A stretch of 64,000 bases of DNA from an uncultured Clostridia bacterium (GCA_944384535.1 CALWTS010000010.1:4651-68650); one strand, 5' to 3'; counted from the stretch's first letter, positions 9,591 through 18,823 are shown. The notes: generated by a model from the sequence alone, not told the origin. Translations and numbers: made by a program.

Positions 9591-9965
9591 TTATTTAAGT
9601 TTAACAGTTGCGCCAGCTTCTTTAAGTTTAGCTTCAATTTCTTTAGCTTCTTCTGTTGGAACGTTTTCTTTAATAGCTTTTGGAGCACTTTCAACCAAAG
9701 CTTTAGCTTCTCCAAGACCAAGTCCAGTAATTTCTCTAACAACTTTGATTACAGCAATTTTGTTAGCTCCGATTTCAGAAAGTTCAACAGTAAATTCTGA
9801 TTTTTCTTCAGCAGCTGGAGCAGCAGCACCAGCAACAGGAGCAGCTACAGCAACAGGAGCAGCAGCAGAAACTCCAAATGTTTCTTCAAGTTCTTTAACA
9901 AGTTCAGAAACTTCAAGAACGCTCATTGATTTAATTTCTTCAACTAATTTTTTAATATCAGCCAT
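9591..9965 (-). CDS. rplL: 50S ribosomal protein L7/L12
   Basis: The 124-aa protein has an Ala-rich hinge and the conserved C-terminal domain ([24 protein letters not shown]...[19 protein letters not shown]). Confidence 0.95.
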   Translation of the reverse strand: MADIKKLVEEIKSMSVLEVSELVKELEETFGVSAAAPVAVAAPVAGAAAPAAEEKSEFTVELSEIGANKIAVIKVVREITGLGLGEAKALVESAPKAIKENVPTEEAKEIEAKLKEAGATVKLK

Positions 9966-10026
9966 TTTAAATTCCTCCTAAAATTATTTATAAAATTTTT
10001 TATTAATTTTAATAAGTAACTTATAC

Positions 10027-10542
10027 TTATTTTGTAGCAATTGCATTTAAAGCAATTGCAAGACCTTGAATAGGTGCATTGAGAACTCTTGCAAGTGCAG
10101 AAATAGGTGCATTGAGAGTTCCAAGTAATTTGGCAATAAGAACTTCTTTGGTTGGAAGTTTTGCCAAAGCTTCAATTTCCTTGCCATCAACGAAGTTACC
10201 ATTAAGTAAACCAAATTTTACGGTTAATTTTTTAGTTTTTTCAGCAGTTTCACAAACAATTTTTGCTCCGCTTACTTCATCATCATAACTGAAAGCAACC
10301 GCACTAGTGCCGTGTAGATATTCTTCGGCACCCTTGATTCCAAGTTCGTTGAGTGCAAGTAGCAATAACTTGTTCTTGTATACTTTATATTCAGCACCAT
10401 TCTTTTTAAAATTACGGCGCATTTCAGTATCTTCAGCTACAGTTAAAGCAGTATAGTCTACAAAAGTAACAGATTTTGATTTTGACAATTTATCTTTAAT
10501 TTCTTCAACTATTTGTTTTTTTGCTTCTAAATTAGCACTCAT
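10027..10542 (-). CDS. rplJ: 50S ribosomal protein L10
   Basis: The 171-aa protein has a typical L10 N-terminus (KKQIVEEIKDKLSKSKSVTFVDYTALTVAEDTEMRR). It is directly upstream of rplL and has a strong SD (aaaggagg). Confidence 0.95.
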   Translation of the reverse strand: MSANLEAKKQIVEEIKDKLSKSKSVTFVDYTALTVAEDTEMRRNFKKNGAEYKVYKNKLLLLALNELGIKGAEEYLHGTSAVAFSYDDEVSGAKIVCETAEKTKKLTVKFGLLNGNFVDGKEIEALAKLPTKEVLIAKLLGTLNAPISALARVLNAPIQGLAIALNAIATK

Positions 10543-10712
10543 GAAATCTTTTCCTCCTTTTTAGAATATTGTGTTTTTGAAAAAATAAAATCTCTACGCC
10601 AGCGGAAAAAAGCATAGAGATATCAATCACTTTATAACTTCTTTCCTCGGCAAGTACACAATATGTGTTTATGTTTTCACACTTGCTGTCTTTGGATAAA
10701 TTTTATTTTAAC
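10543..10712 (-). promoter_or_regulatory. rplJ 5' leader with attenuator hairpin (candidate ribosomal-protein L10 leader)
   Basis: The leader is about 170 nt. An upstream stem pairs gcaagt with acttgc. A terminator-like hairpin (- strand UCUCUAUGC...GCGUAGAGA, 10591-10620) is followed by UUUUAUUUUU about 45 nt before the SD. Confidence 0.55.
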
Positions 10713-10718
10713 GTTTGT

Positions 10719-10747
10719 ATTATACATTTTTTATTAGTTAAAGTCAA
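10719..10747 (-). promoter_or_regulatory. Sigma-A-type promoter of rplJL
   Basis: On the - strand: TTGACT (10747-10742), 17 nt, TATAAT (10724-10719). Confidence 0.6.
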
Positions 10748-10859
10748 CGATTTTTTAAAATTTTTATTTTATTAAAGAAAATACTTTATTAATCTATTTA
10801 AATTTGTTATAATCTACATTGTGAAATATTAATTTTTGTTTAGTTTTAAGGAGTTTATT

Positions 10860-13271
10860 ATGAATTTTACTGATATTGAAAAGAAATGGCAAGATATATG
10901 GGAAAAAGAAAAAAGATTTGAAGTAAATAATTATTGTGATGGAAAAAAGAATGCTTATGTTCTTATTGAGTTTCCATATCCAAGTGGAAAGGGATTACAT
11001 ACAGGACATGTTAGAAGTTATTCTGCGATGGATGCTGTTGCAAGAAAAAAAAGATTGGAAGGATATAATGTTTTATTTCCTATGGGTTGTGATGCTTTTG
11101 GACTAGAAGCAGAAAGGACTGCAATAAAAGAGAAAAAACCACCACAAGAAATTGTTTCTAGAAATATAGCTATTTTTAAAGAGCAATTAAAATGTGTAGG
11201 ATTGAGTATTGATTGGTCAAGAGCTATAAACACGTGTGATCCAGAGTATTATAAGTGGACACAGTGGTTATTTTTGCAATTTTATAAGCATGGTCTTGCT
11301 GAAAAACGATATGCAAATGTAAATTGGTGTCCTAATTGTGGTGTTTTAGCAAATGAAGAAGTAGAAGATGGAAAGTGCTGTCAATGTCATGCAGAGGTTG
11401 AGCAAAAGCCAAAATCACAATGGATATTAAAAATTACAAAATATGCAGAAAGATTAAATGATGATCTTGATCAAACGGAATATATGGAACATATTAAGCT
11501 TGGTCAAAAACATTGGATAGGAAAAAGCGAAGGTGTACAGGTAAAATTTAAATTAGTTCAAGGAGGAGAGTTCGAAATTTATACAACTTGTATAGAAACT
11601 ATATATGGAATTACATTTATGGTTTTAGCGCCGGAACATCCTTTAATAAAACAAAACAAAGATAAGATAAAGAATTGGATAGAAGTAGAGAATTATATAA
11701 AACAGGCAAGTAAAAAAAGTGAATTTGAACGTGCTGAATTAACAAAAACAAAAACAGGTTGTAAAGTAGAAGGGCTTACATGTATTAATCCTGTGAATGG
11801 TAAAGAAGTTCCAATATTTATTGGTGATTTTGTTTTAGTAAATTATGGTACGGGGGCAGTAATGGCAGTACCAAGTCATGACCAAAGAGATTTTGAATAT
11901 GCAGTTGCTCATAATATACCAATGATTCAAGTAATTGAAGGAAAAGATGTTTCAAAAGAAGCTTTCGAAAAAAAGGATTATTTGGGAAAAGGGTGTAAAT
12001 TAATAAACTCTGAAGAATTTAGTGGATTGACAGTAGAGGAAGCTAAAGTAGCTATTACAAAAAAATTAGTAGATATGGGTGTAGCTAAAAAACAAGTTAA
12101 TTTTAGAATGCAGGATTGGGTATTTTCAAGACAAAGGTATTGGGGAGAACCAATACCTATGATAAATTGTCCAAAATGTGGTTGGGTTCCTGTTCCTGAA
12201 AAAGATTTGCCTGTAAAGTTACCAGAGGTAGAAAGTTACGAGCCAACAAAAGATGGAGAAAGTCCATTAAGCTTGATAAGTGATTGGGTAAATGTAAAAT
12301 GTCCTTGTTGTGGAAGTGATGCCAAAAGAGAAACAGACACAATGCCTGGTTGGGCTGGCTCAAGTTGGTATTTTATGAGGTATTGTGATCCTCATAATGA
12401 TAAAGAATTTGCTTCTTATGATGCTTTAAAAGCATGGTTACCTGTTGGTTTATATAATGGTGGTAATGAACATACAAATAGACATTTATTATATGCAAGA
12501 TTTTGGAATAAATTTTTATATGATATTGGTTTATCGCCAGTAAATGAGCCATTTAAATCTAGGGTTAGTCAAGGTATTGTATTGGGTGCAAATGGAGTTA
12601 AAATGAGTAAAAGTCTTGGAAACGTGGTTGATCCAAGAGACGTTATCAAAGAATACGGTGCAGATTCTTTAAGAATTTGGGAATCGTTTATGGGTGACTA
12701 CTTTTCAGATGTGAACTGGAGTGATGAAGGTGTTAAAAGTGCAAATAAATTTATAAGTAGAGTTGTTTCTATTAAAGATTTGTTAGTTGATGGCGATGAA
12801 ATTTCGAAAGAACTTTCTTATATACTAAATGCTACGATTAAAAAAGTTTCAGAAGATATTGATAAAATAAAATTTAATACTGCTATTTCTCAATTAATGA
12901 TTTGTGTCAATGAAATTTATAAAAATAAAAAAATTAACAAGGCAGAATATAAAACTTTATTAACTTTATTAAATCCTTTTGCACCACATATTACAGAAGA
13001 ATTGTGGGTAGAATGTGGTTATGGGAAAGATATAACTAATGCAACGTGGCCTGTATGTGATGAAAGTAAATTAATTAAAGAAGAAGTTGAAATTGCTGTT
13101 CAAGTAAATAGTAAAATTGTTGCAAGGATAAATATAGATCCAACATTAAATCAAGAGGATATATTAACTTTCGTTATAAATAATGAAAATATAAAAAATA
13201 TTTTAATTGAAAAACAAATAATTAAAGAAATTTATGTACCTGGAAGAATTGTAAATTTTATTGTTAAATAA
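10860..13271 (+). CDS. leuS: Leucine--tRNA ligase
   Basis: It has an HIGH-type motif (LHTGHVRSY), KMSKS (VKMSKSLGN) and a CP1 editing region. I prefer the ATG at 10860 (SD aaggag 7 nt upstream) over the TTG at 10836 in the ORF track. An extended -10 tgttataat lies at 10805-10813. Confidence 0.95.
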   Translation: MNFTDIEKKWQDIWEKEKRFEVNNYCDGKKNAYVLIEFPYPSGKGLHTGHVRSYSAMDAVARKKRLEGYNVLFPMGCDAFGLEAERTAIKEKKPPQEIVSRNIAIFKEQLKCVGLSIDWSRAINTCDPEYYKWTQWLFLQFYKHGLAEKRYANVNWCPNCGVLANEEVEDGKCCQCHAEVEQKPKSQWILKITKYAERLNDDLDQTEYMEHIKLGQKHWIGKSEGVQVKFKLVQGGEFEIYTTCIETIYGITFMVLAPEHPLIKQNKDKIKNWIEVENYIKQASKKSEFERAELTKTKTGCKVEGLTCINPVNGKEVPIFIGDFVLVNYGTGAVMAVPSHDQRDFEYAVAHNIPMIQVIEGKDVSKEAFEKKDYLGKGCKLINSEEFSGLTVEEAKVAITKKLVDMGVAKKQVNFRMQDWVFSRQRYWGEPIPMINCPKCGWVPVPEKDLPVKLPEVESYEPTKDGESPLSLISDWVNVKCPCCGSDAKRETDTMPGWAGSSWYFMRYCDPHNDKEFASYDALKAWLPVGLYNGGNEHTNRHLLYARFWNKFLYDIGLSPVNEPFKSRVSQGIVLGANGVKMSKSLGNVVDPRDVIKEYGADSLRIWESFMGDYFSDVNWSDEGVKSANKFISRVVSIKDLLVDGDEISKELSYILNATIKKVSEDIDKIKFNTAISQLMICVNEIYKNKKINKAEYKTLLTLLNPFAPHITEELWVECGYGKDITNATWPVCDESKLIKEEVEIAVQVNSKIVARINIDPTLNQEDILTFVINNENIKNILIEKQIIKEIYVPGRIVNFIVK

Positions 13272-13302
13272 AAAAAACACTCAAACATGAGTGTTTTTTT
13301 AT
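13270..13302. terminator. Bidirectional intrinsic terminator
   Basis: The stem acactca (13277-13283) pairs with tgagtgt (13288-13294). It is flanked by A7 and T7 runs and sits between convergent genes. Confidence 0.75.
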
Positions 13303-13310
13303 TTATTTTT

Positions 13311-14027
13311 TTATTTATTTGAATCATCACTATTATCATCATCTATTTTTTTTCTTAATTCATCTAAGAATTTTTGAAAATCTTCATCATCATCAGTAGG
13401 TTTATCTTCATCAACATCTTGTTTAATTTCAACTTCTTTTTTGGTTTCTTCAGTGATATCTTTATCCTCTTCTTTTTCAACAGTTTCTTCTTCAGTATTA
13501 TTTTCTTCCTCTGTATATTCAAGATTTTCTTCTACTTTTTCATCTTCGCTTTTTTCAGGTTCAACCTCTGTATTGTCTACAGTTTCGGTTTCAAGAGTTT
13601 CTTCAATATTGTCTTTTTCAGAATCTTTTAATAAATATGTTTCACCTTCGTTTTCTTCAAGTTGATCAACATCTATTGTGTTTAAGTCTTCAGTTTCTTC
13701 TTGTTCAAAACGGTCTTTATTTTTATTATAAAGTGCTTTTGCAACAAATACAATCATGCAGCAAATAAATAAAGAAATTAATAATGAAATGATAAGATTT
13801 AAAACTTCATCATTTCTAAATCCATCTAAGAAACTTAAGATTAGAAACAACCAAGAAACCATAGCTAAGAAAGGTGCAACCAAAGACATTGATATTGCTT
13901 TCAAAAAAGAATTAAGTCTATGAGCATATTTAAAAGCTAAAAAAGTTGAGGCAACTGCAAAAACCGAAAAGATAACTCCCAATATTAAAGCTGCAATTTG
14001 AGATGATGTCATGTAACTAAAATTCAT
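13311..14027 (-). CDS. Membrane protein with long poly-acidic (E/D-rich) C-terminal tail
   Basis: The N-terminal ~100 aa contain 3-4 hydrophobic helices. The C-terminal ~130 aa are low-complexity E/D/K-rich. Confidence 0.55.
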   Translation of the reverse strand: MNFSYMTSSQIAALILGVIFSVFAVASTFLAFKYAHRLNSFLKAISMSLVAPFLAMVSWLFLILSFLDGFRNDEVLNLIISLLISLFICCMIVFVAKALYNKNKDRFEQEETEDLNTIDVDQLEENEGETYLLKDSEKDNIEETLETETVDNTEVEPEKSEDEKVEENLEYTEEENNTEEETVEKEEDKDITEETKKEVEIKQDVDEDKPTDDDEDFQKFLDELRKKIDDDNSDDSNK

Positions 14028-14109
14028 AATCCCTCCAATAACTAGTAATAGAATATCACAAACACATTATTTTGTCAATATTGTTTTTATTTTTATTAGA
14101 AAAAATGTT

Positions 14110-14138
14110 TTGAAATTATAATAAAAATAGGTTATAAT
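14110..14138 (+). promoter_or_regulatory. Sigma-A-type promoter placed for a leaderless or near-leaderless transcript
   Basis: TTGAAA (14110-14115), 17 nt, TATAAT (14133-14138). Only 10 nt (ataaaaaagt, no SD) separate it from the ATG at 14149. Confidence 0.5.
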
Positions 14139-14148
14139 ATAAAAAAGT

Positions 14149-15066
14149 ATGGAAAAAAGTAAAAAAAATAAAATAATAGTTGTTTTGTTATCAATATTTG
14201 CTTGTATTTTTGCAATCGGAGGGGTTGTAACAGCTTTTATTTTGAATTATAATACCTATTCTCCAAATCCTGTAGAAATTTTAGATGATGGTAAAAATAT
14301 ATATCTTTATATTGAGATGAATGATAATTATTCTAAGTATAGGTTAAAATTTAATAGTGATGGAAGTGAAGAAATTGTTATAGATAGCGATAATAATATA
14401 ATTTCACTTGAAAACTTAATGCAAAAAGGAGTGAAGTTAGGACAGGCTTATACCATAACATCTTGTTATTTAAGCGATAATGAAGGTAATAATAGTCAGT
14501 ATAGCGAACCTATAACTTGGACTTTTTACCAGTATTTAAGTAGTCCTGAAATAATTTATATAGAAGAAGATAACGTTATAGCATGGGAAGAAATTGAAAA
14601 TGCAAGTTATTATAGAGTTTTTTACAGCGGTGATGAGGAATTAACTTCTTTTAAAACAGAAGACAATTATTATGATTTATCACTATTAAGTGGTAAGGAA
14701 AGACTGTTTTATGTGGTAGCTTATTCTGATAAAGATTATTATAAGCAAAGCAGTCAATCAAATTGTTTAGAAATACAAGTAGTTCATCATTTTATCGATT
14801 TTGTAAGTGCTTCATTAGATTCAAAAACAAAAATTTTAACAATAATTGGAAAAGAAAAACTTTCAAAAATTTTCGTTTATTTAGAAAACATTCAATATGA
14901 TGTTGTTGATTTTAATGTTGTTTATGATGAACAAGAGAATCAATATGTTTATACAATAGATTTAACGGTTATACTTAATCAAAATAAAGAAATTTATGTT
15001 TCGCCAGCATCTATAGATGAATATAACATTTTTACAGGTGGAATGATACAGGTAGATATAATTTAA
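14149..15066 (+). CDS. Membrane-anchored hypothetical protein (N-terminal TM, beta-rich ectodomain)
   Basis: The N-terminal anchor is KIIVVLLSIFACIFAIGGVVTAFIL. A repeated ...AWEEIENASYYRVFY-type pattern suggests Ig/FN3-like folds. Confidence 0.5.
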   Translation: MEKSKKNKIIVVLLSIFACIFAIGGVVTAFILNYNTYSPNPVEILDDGKNIYLYIEMNDNYSKYRLKFNSDGSEEIVIDSDNNIISLENLMQKGVKLGQAYTITSCYLSDNEGNNSQYSEPITWTFYQYLSSPEIIYIEEDNVIAWEEIENASYYRVFYSGDEELTSFKTEDNYYDLSLLSGKERLFYVVAYSDKDYYKQSSQSNCLEIQVVHHFIDFVSASLDSKTKILTIIGKEKLSKIFVYLENIQYDVVDFNVVYDEQENQYVYTIDLTVILNQNKEIYVSPASIDEYNIFTGGMIQVDII

Positions 15067-15118
15067 ATAGTTATAATAAAAATAAAACATTAAGACATAC
15101 TACATTTAGGAGTTTAGT

Positions 15119-16543
15119 ATGTCTTATTTTAATGTTTATAAAATCATACAAGAGTTAAAAATTGAGTTTAATGAAAGTATAGATTTTTCCTATAGATTTT
15201 ATAAAAAAGATGGACAAATAATTGCATTTATTTATTTAAAAAGCATTATTGATCAAAATTTATTGTCGAATTCTATATATTATCCAATTCAAACATTTCA
15301 ACAAATGTTTTCTTTTGATGACTTAAAGGATAAAATTATAAAATGTGGTGATGTTAAAGAAGTTAAATTTAGTGATGTTGTTAAAGAAATACTAGATGGT
15401 AAAGTTGTTTTAATAACTAATTTTACTAAAAAAATATTGTCAGTAGATTTATATAAATTTCCAACAAGAACACCAACAGAGCCACCAACTTCACCAGTAA
15501 TACAAGGTCCACGAGAGGGTTTTGTAGAGGATTTGCAAACCAACATAACTTTATTAAGGCGAAGATTAAAAACTAAAGACTTAATATTAAAAACTTTAAG
15601 AGTGGGGTCCCAAACTCAAACAAAGGTAGTTATTGTATATTTAAAGGGGGTTGCCAATAAAAAGATAATTGAAGAAGTTAATAAAAAAATATCTAACATT
15701 AAGACAGATGGCATAATTGATGCTTATTATATTTTATCATATTTAGAAGATAGGCCGAATTCACTATTTAAACAAATAGGTAATTCTGAAAAACCTGATA
15801 TTATATCTTCAAAGTTACTTGAAGGTAAAGTTGCAATTATTGTTGATAATTCGCCAATAGTTTTGACTGTGCCATTTATACTTATTGAAGATTTACAAAA
15901 TAGCAATGATTATTATACAAATCATCATTATTCTAGTTTTGTAAGAATAATCAGATTGCTTGGATTGATGGTTGCTTTAATTTCCCCAGGATTTTATCTA
16001 GCATTACAAATATACCATTATAATATTTTACCTCTCAATTTTTTAATAACAATCGCTGATACAACACAAGGGTTACCATTTACTCCATTTTTAGAGATAT
16101 TATTTATATTTTTTTTATTTCAAATTCTTTACGAAGTTAGTTTAAGATTACCAAGTTATTTAGGGTTAGCAACATCTGTAGTAGGTGCATTAATTTTAGG
16201 AGATACTGGAGTTAAAGCAGGGTTAATATCTCCACCAGGAGTAATTATTGTTGCACTTGCTAAAATAGCATTATATACGATTCCAGAGCAGTCATCTCAA
16301 ATTACTATTTTGCAAGCGATATTCATTATATTGGGAGGTTCTTTAGGACTTGCCGGAATTGTTGCAGGAATGGTGTATTTACTTAACTATTTGAATAGTA
16401 TCGATTCTTTTGGAACACCTTATTTAGCTCCATATAGTCCAAGAATTGAAGATGATTTAAAAGATGGGTTATTAACTCATTCTGTTTTAGATTTTAAAAA
16501 GAGACCTAAATCGTTCTCTCCAAATAAGGAGAATAGGGTATGA
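15119..16543 (+). CDS. Spore germination protein, GerA (A-subunit) family
   Basis: It has GerA-family hallmarks (GFVEDLQTNITLLRRRLKTKDL) and a C-terminal membrane domain. It is the first gene of an A-B-C operon. Confidence 0.85.
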   Translation: MSYFNVYKIIQELKIEFNESIDFSYRFYKKDGQIIAFIYLKSIIDQNLLSNSIYYPIQTFQQMFSFDDLKDKIIKCGDVKEVKFSDVVKEILDGKVVLITNFTKKILSVDLYKFPTRTPTEPPTSPVIQGPREGFVEDLQTNITLLRRRLKTKDLILKTLRVGSQTQTKVVIVYLKGVANKKIIEEVNKKISNIKTDGIIDAYYILSYLEDRPNSLFKQIGNSEKPDIISSKLLEGKVAIIVDNSPIVLTVPFILIEDLQNSNDYYTNHHYSSFVRIIRLLGLMVALISPGFYLALQIYHYNILPLNFLITIADTTQGLPFTPFLEILFIFFLFQILYEVSLRLPSYLGLATSVVGALILGDTGVKAGLISPPGVIIVALAKIALYTIPEQSSQITILQAIFIILGGSLGLAGIVAGMVYLLNYLNSIDSFGTPYLAPYSPRIEDDLKDGLLTHSVLDFKKRPKSFSPNKENRV

Positions 16544-17631
16544 TAGATAAAAAGATAAGTGTTAGACAAGCCGGAATATTAATAATAATTTGTCTCATGG
16601 CAAATAAAATTTTATTGTTGCCATCATTAATGTTCCAACAAATAAAATCTGATTCAATTTTTGCAATCATATTAATGTTTAGTTTGGATTTAATTTTTTT
16701 GCCAATATTTTTAAAATTAAAAAGTTTATATCCAAATGAAAAATTAATTGAAATTATATCAAAAAAGATGTCGAAAATTGTTGCAAAGATTATATATATC
16801 ATTTTTGCTATATATTTCATTTTCAAGGTTTTATTAGTTTTTAGTATAACTTATGTTTATTTCAAGCAACAAATTTATCAAGATGAATTTTTATGGTTAA
16901 TAATAATATCTTGTCTGCCAGTTATAAACCATGCTTTAACAGTTGGGTTAAGAGCTTTTTCAAGAACAATAGAATTATTGTTTAGTATAGTTATTGTTGG
17001 GTTTATATTATGTTTAGCTTTTTCCTTATTTACCGAAATGTCAATGCCTATATTATTTGTAAGTGATATAAAAAGTTTTTTTTCATCAATTTATAAGCAT
17101 GCATTTTCTTTTGGGGATTATCTTTTTTTGTTTGTAATAATTGACAAAATTGATATTAAAAAAGGAGATTCAAAAAAATTGTATGAATATTCTATATTTG
17201 GAATGATATTAGTTATTTTGTTATTCATTATTTTTTTCTCTAAATATCAAGTTACAGCTTTCATGCATAATAATGCACTAGCAGATATTTTGGTATTTTC
17301 TATTCAATTTAATGCAATTGGTAGGTTAGATATAATTGCTATGTTAACCATTATGTCAATAACATTGTTCCAATTAGAGATTTTTGCATATGGTTTTTGC
17401 GATAGTTTCATTAATTTGTTTCCCAAATTAAATAAATTTGTAGTTATATTATTTTTTGACCTACTATTTGCTTTGCTTTATTATTTTTCTATAGGAAAGT
17501 ATGAAATTTTAGTAAACACATCTCATTATTGGTCTCCTATGTTGGGAATTTTTGTCAATTATGTTTTCCCAATAATTTGTTTAATAATAATTGCGTTAAG
17601 TAGGAGGAGAAAAAATGAAAGAAAATATTAA
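16540..17631 (+). CDS. Spore germination protein, GerAB/GerKB (spore permease) family
   Basis: The 363-aa protein is polytopic and begins ISVRQAGILIIICLMANKILLLPS. It overlaps the A subunit by ATGA. Confidence 0.8.
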   Translation: MIDKKISVRQAGILIIICLMANKILLLPSLMFQQIKSDSIFAIILMFSLDLIFLPIFLKLKSLYPNEKLIEIISKKMSKIVAKIIYIIFAIYFIFKVLLVFSITYVYFKQQIYQDEFLWLIIISCLPVINHALTVGLRAFSRTIELLFSIVIVGFILCLAFSLFTEMSMPILFVSDIKSFFSSIYKHAFSFGDYLFLFVIIDKIDIKKGDSKKLYEYSIFGMILVILLFIIFFSKYQVTAFMHNNALADILVFSIQFNAIGRLDIIAMLTIMSITLFQLEIFAYGFCDSFINLFPKLNKFVVILFFDLLFALLYYFSIGKYEILVNTSHYWSPMLGIFVNYVFPIICLIIIALSRRRKNERKY

Positions 17632-18823
17632 AAAAATTTTTCATAATCCTATGTTAATTGTTTTTATATTAATTTTAATATTTTTTACTCCTTTATCAAT
17701 TTATTCTCCTGGAGAAAATAGAAATAGGGGAATAGTTACTGCAATAGGAATTGATAAAAATAATCAGGAGATAGAAATATCTTTATTAACATTCATTCCT
17801 ACTGCTAATCAAACTTATAAAGTTAAAAGTTCTATAATAAGCGGAAAGGGAACAACTGTGGCAGAGGCTGTTTATGATGCTCAATTACAAATGGGAAGAA
17901 AAATTGGTTTAGCTCATGCTAAAACAACCATAGTTAATGAGGAACTGTTAAGTGAAGATGTTTCAATGTATGTTGATTATTTAAGTAGAGTCGCATCACT
18001 ACCAGAAAACACAGTCTTTATAAGTACAAACAATACAGCAAAAGAGCTTCTCGAAACTTCTCAATCTTTAGAAAATGAGTTGGGATTAAAGTTAGAGCAG
18101 TTGGTTGGCTTTAACGCAAATAATATTTATGTAACAGATACTTCTTTAGAAGCTTTTTATAAAGGTTATTTTAGTGAAGTGAAATCTTCTATAATAGGTA
18201 GTATTTCGTTGGAAGAATCAGACAAAGGTTCAAATCAGGAAGAAACCAATGTAGATGATAGTAAAGAAAATTCTTCTTCAAATAAAAAAATATCAAATAA
18301 AGGTGAAGCGGTATTATTAAAAGATGGTAAAATGGTTGCAAAGTTGAATATTGACCAGTTAAACGGAATAAATTTATTAAATACAAGAGCATTAAATCAA
18401 ATTATCACAATTGATAATGTTAAATTAAATGATGATTTGTATACTTTAAATTATAGGATAAAAAATAAAAATATTTTTAGTAATACCAATTTTGAAAATG
18501 ATATACCTATTTATACAATTCAGTTAAAGTTAGGTATGGAGTTAGTTGAGATTAATGGACTACATGATGCCATTAAAATGAATACCGAATTTAGTGAAAT
18601 TAACGAAGAAATTCAAAATAAATTGGATATTGAAATAAAAAAACAGTTTACGAATGCACTAAATGTTTTAAAAGAGAATAAAACAGATGTATTAGGTATT
18701 AATGAAAAATTTTTTAGAGAAAATAGAATTATGTATTTAAAATACATTGAAAATTTAGAAAATATAGATGATTTTTTGGATAAAGTAAACTTTAAATTAA
18801 ACGTTATTATTCAACCTGACTAA
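17615..18823 (+). CDS. Spore germination protein, Ger(x)C family (no lipobox cysteine)
   Basis: It has the RGIVTAIGIDK motif after an N-terminal hydrophobic segment. It is the third gene of the ger operon, with SD aggagg and a 17-nt overlap with the B subunit. Confidence 0.75.
   Translation: MKENIKKIFHNPMLIVFILILIFFTPLSIYSPGENRNRGIVTAIGIDKNNQEIEISLLTFIPTANQTYKVKSSIISGKGTTVAEAVYDAQLQMGRKIGLAHAKTTIVNEELLSEDVSMYVDYLSRVASLPENTVFISTNNTAKELLETSQSLENELGLKLEQLVGFNANNIYVTDTSLEAFYKGYFSEVKSSIIGSISLEESDKGSNQEETNVDDSKENSSSNKKISNKGEAVLLKDGKMVAKLNIDQLNGINLLNTRALNQIITIDNVKLNDDLYTLNYRIKNKNIFSNTNFENDIPIYTIQLKLGMELVEINGLHDAIKMNTEFSEINEEIQNKLDIEIKKQFTNALNVLKENKTDVLGINEKFFRENRIMYLKYIENLENIDDFLDKVNFKLNVIIQPD

Noticed and set aside
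9586-9981. A 131-aa + strand ORF, rich in A/S/T, and the 71-aa ORF at 9527-9742.
   Set aside because: These are antisense shadows of rplL. The low-complexity Ala/Ser/Thr composition mirrors the GCx/GAA-rich rplL codons. There is no SD, and rplL on the - strand is unambiguous.
10836-10859. ORF-track N-terminal extensions at 10836, 24623, 40854, 43723, 44413, 44746, 45986 and 48092.
   Set aside because: In each case a downstream ATG has a canonical SD (or a promoter-proximal leaderless geometry) and matches the conserved family N-terminus. The extensions start at TTG or ATG codons lying in SD, promoter or terminator sequence.
13374-13665. Two + strand ORFs (85 and 74 aa, Phe/Ser-rich) inside 13311-14027.
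   Set aside because: They are antisense translations of the GAA/GAT-rich acidic tail, so low-complexity artefacts.
15067-15118. A forespore (sigma-G/F) promoter upstream of the ger operon.
   Set aside because: CATACTA (15096-15102) resembles the sigma-G -10 CATnnTA. However, there is no acceptable GnATR -35 at 17-18 nt, and the implied TSS would fall inside the SD. I did not call it.
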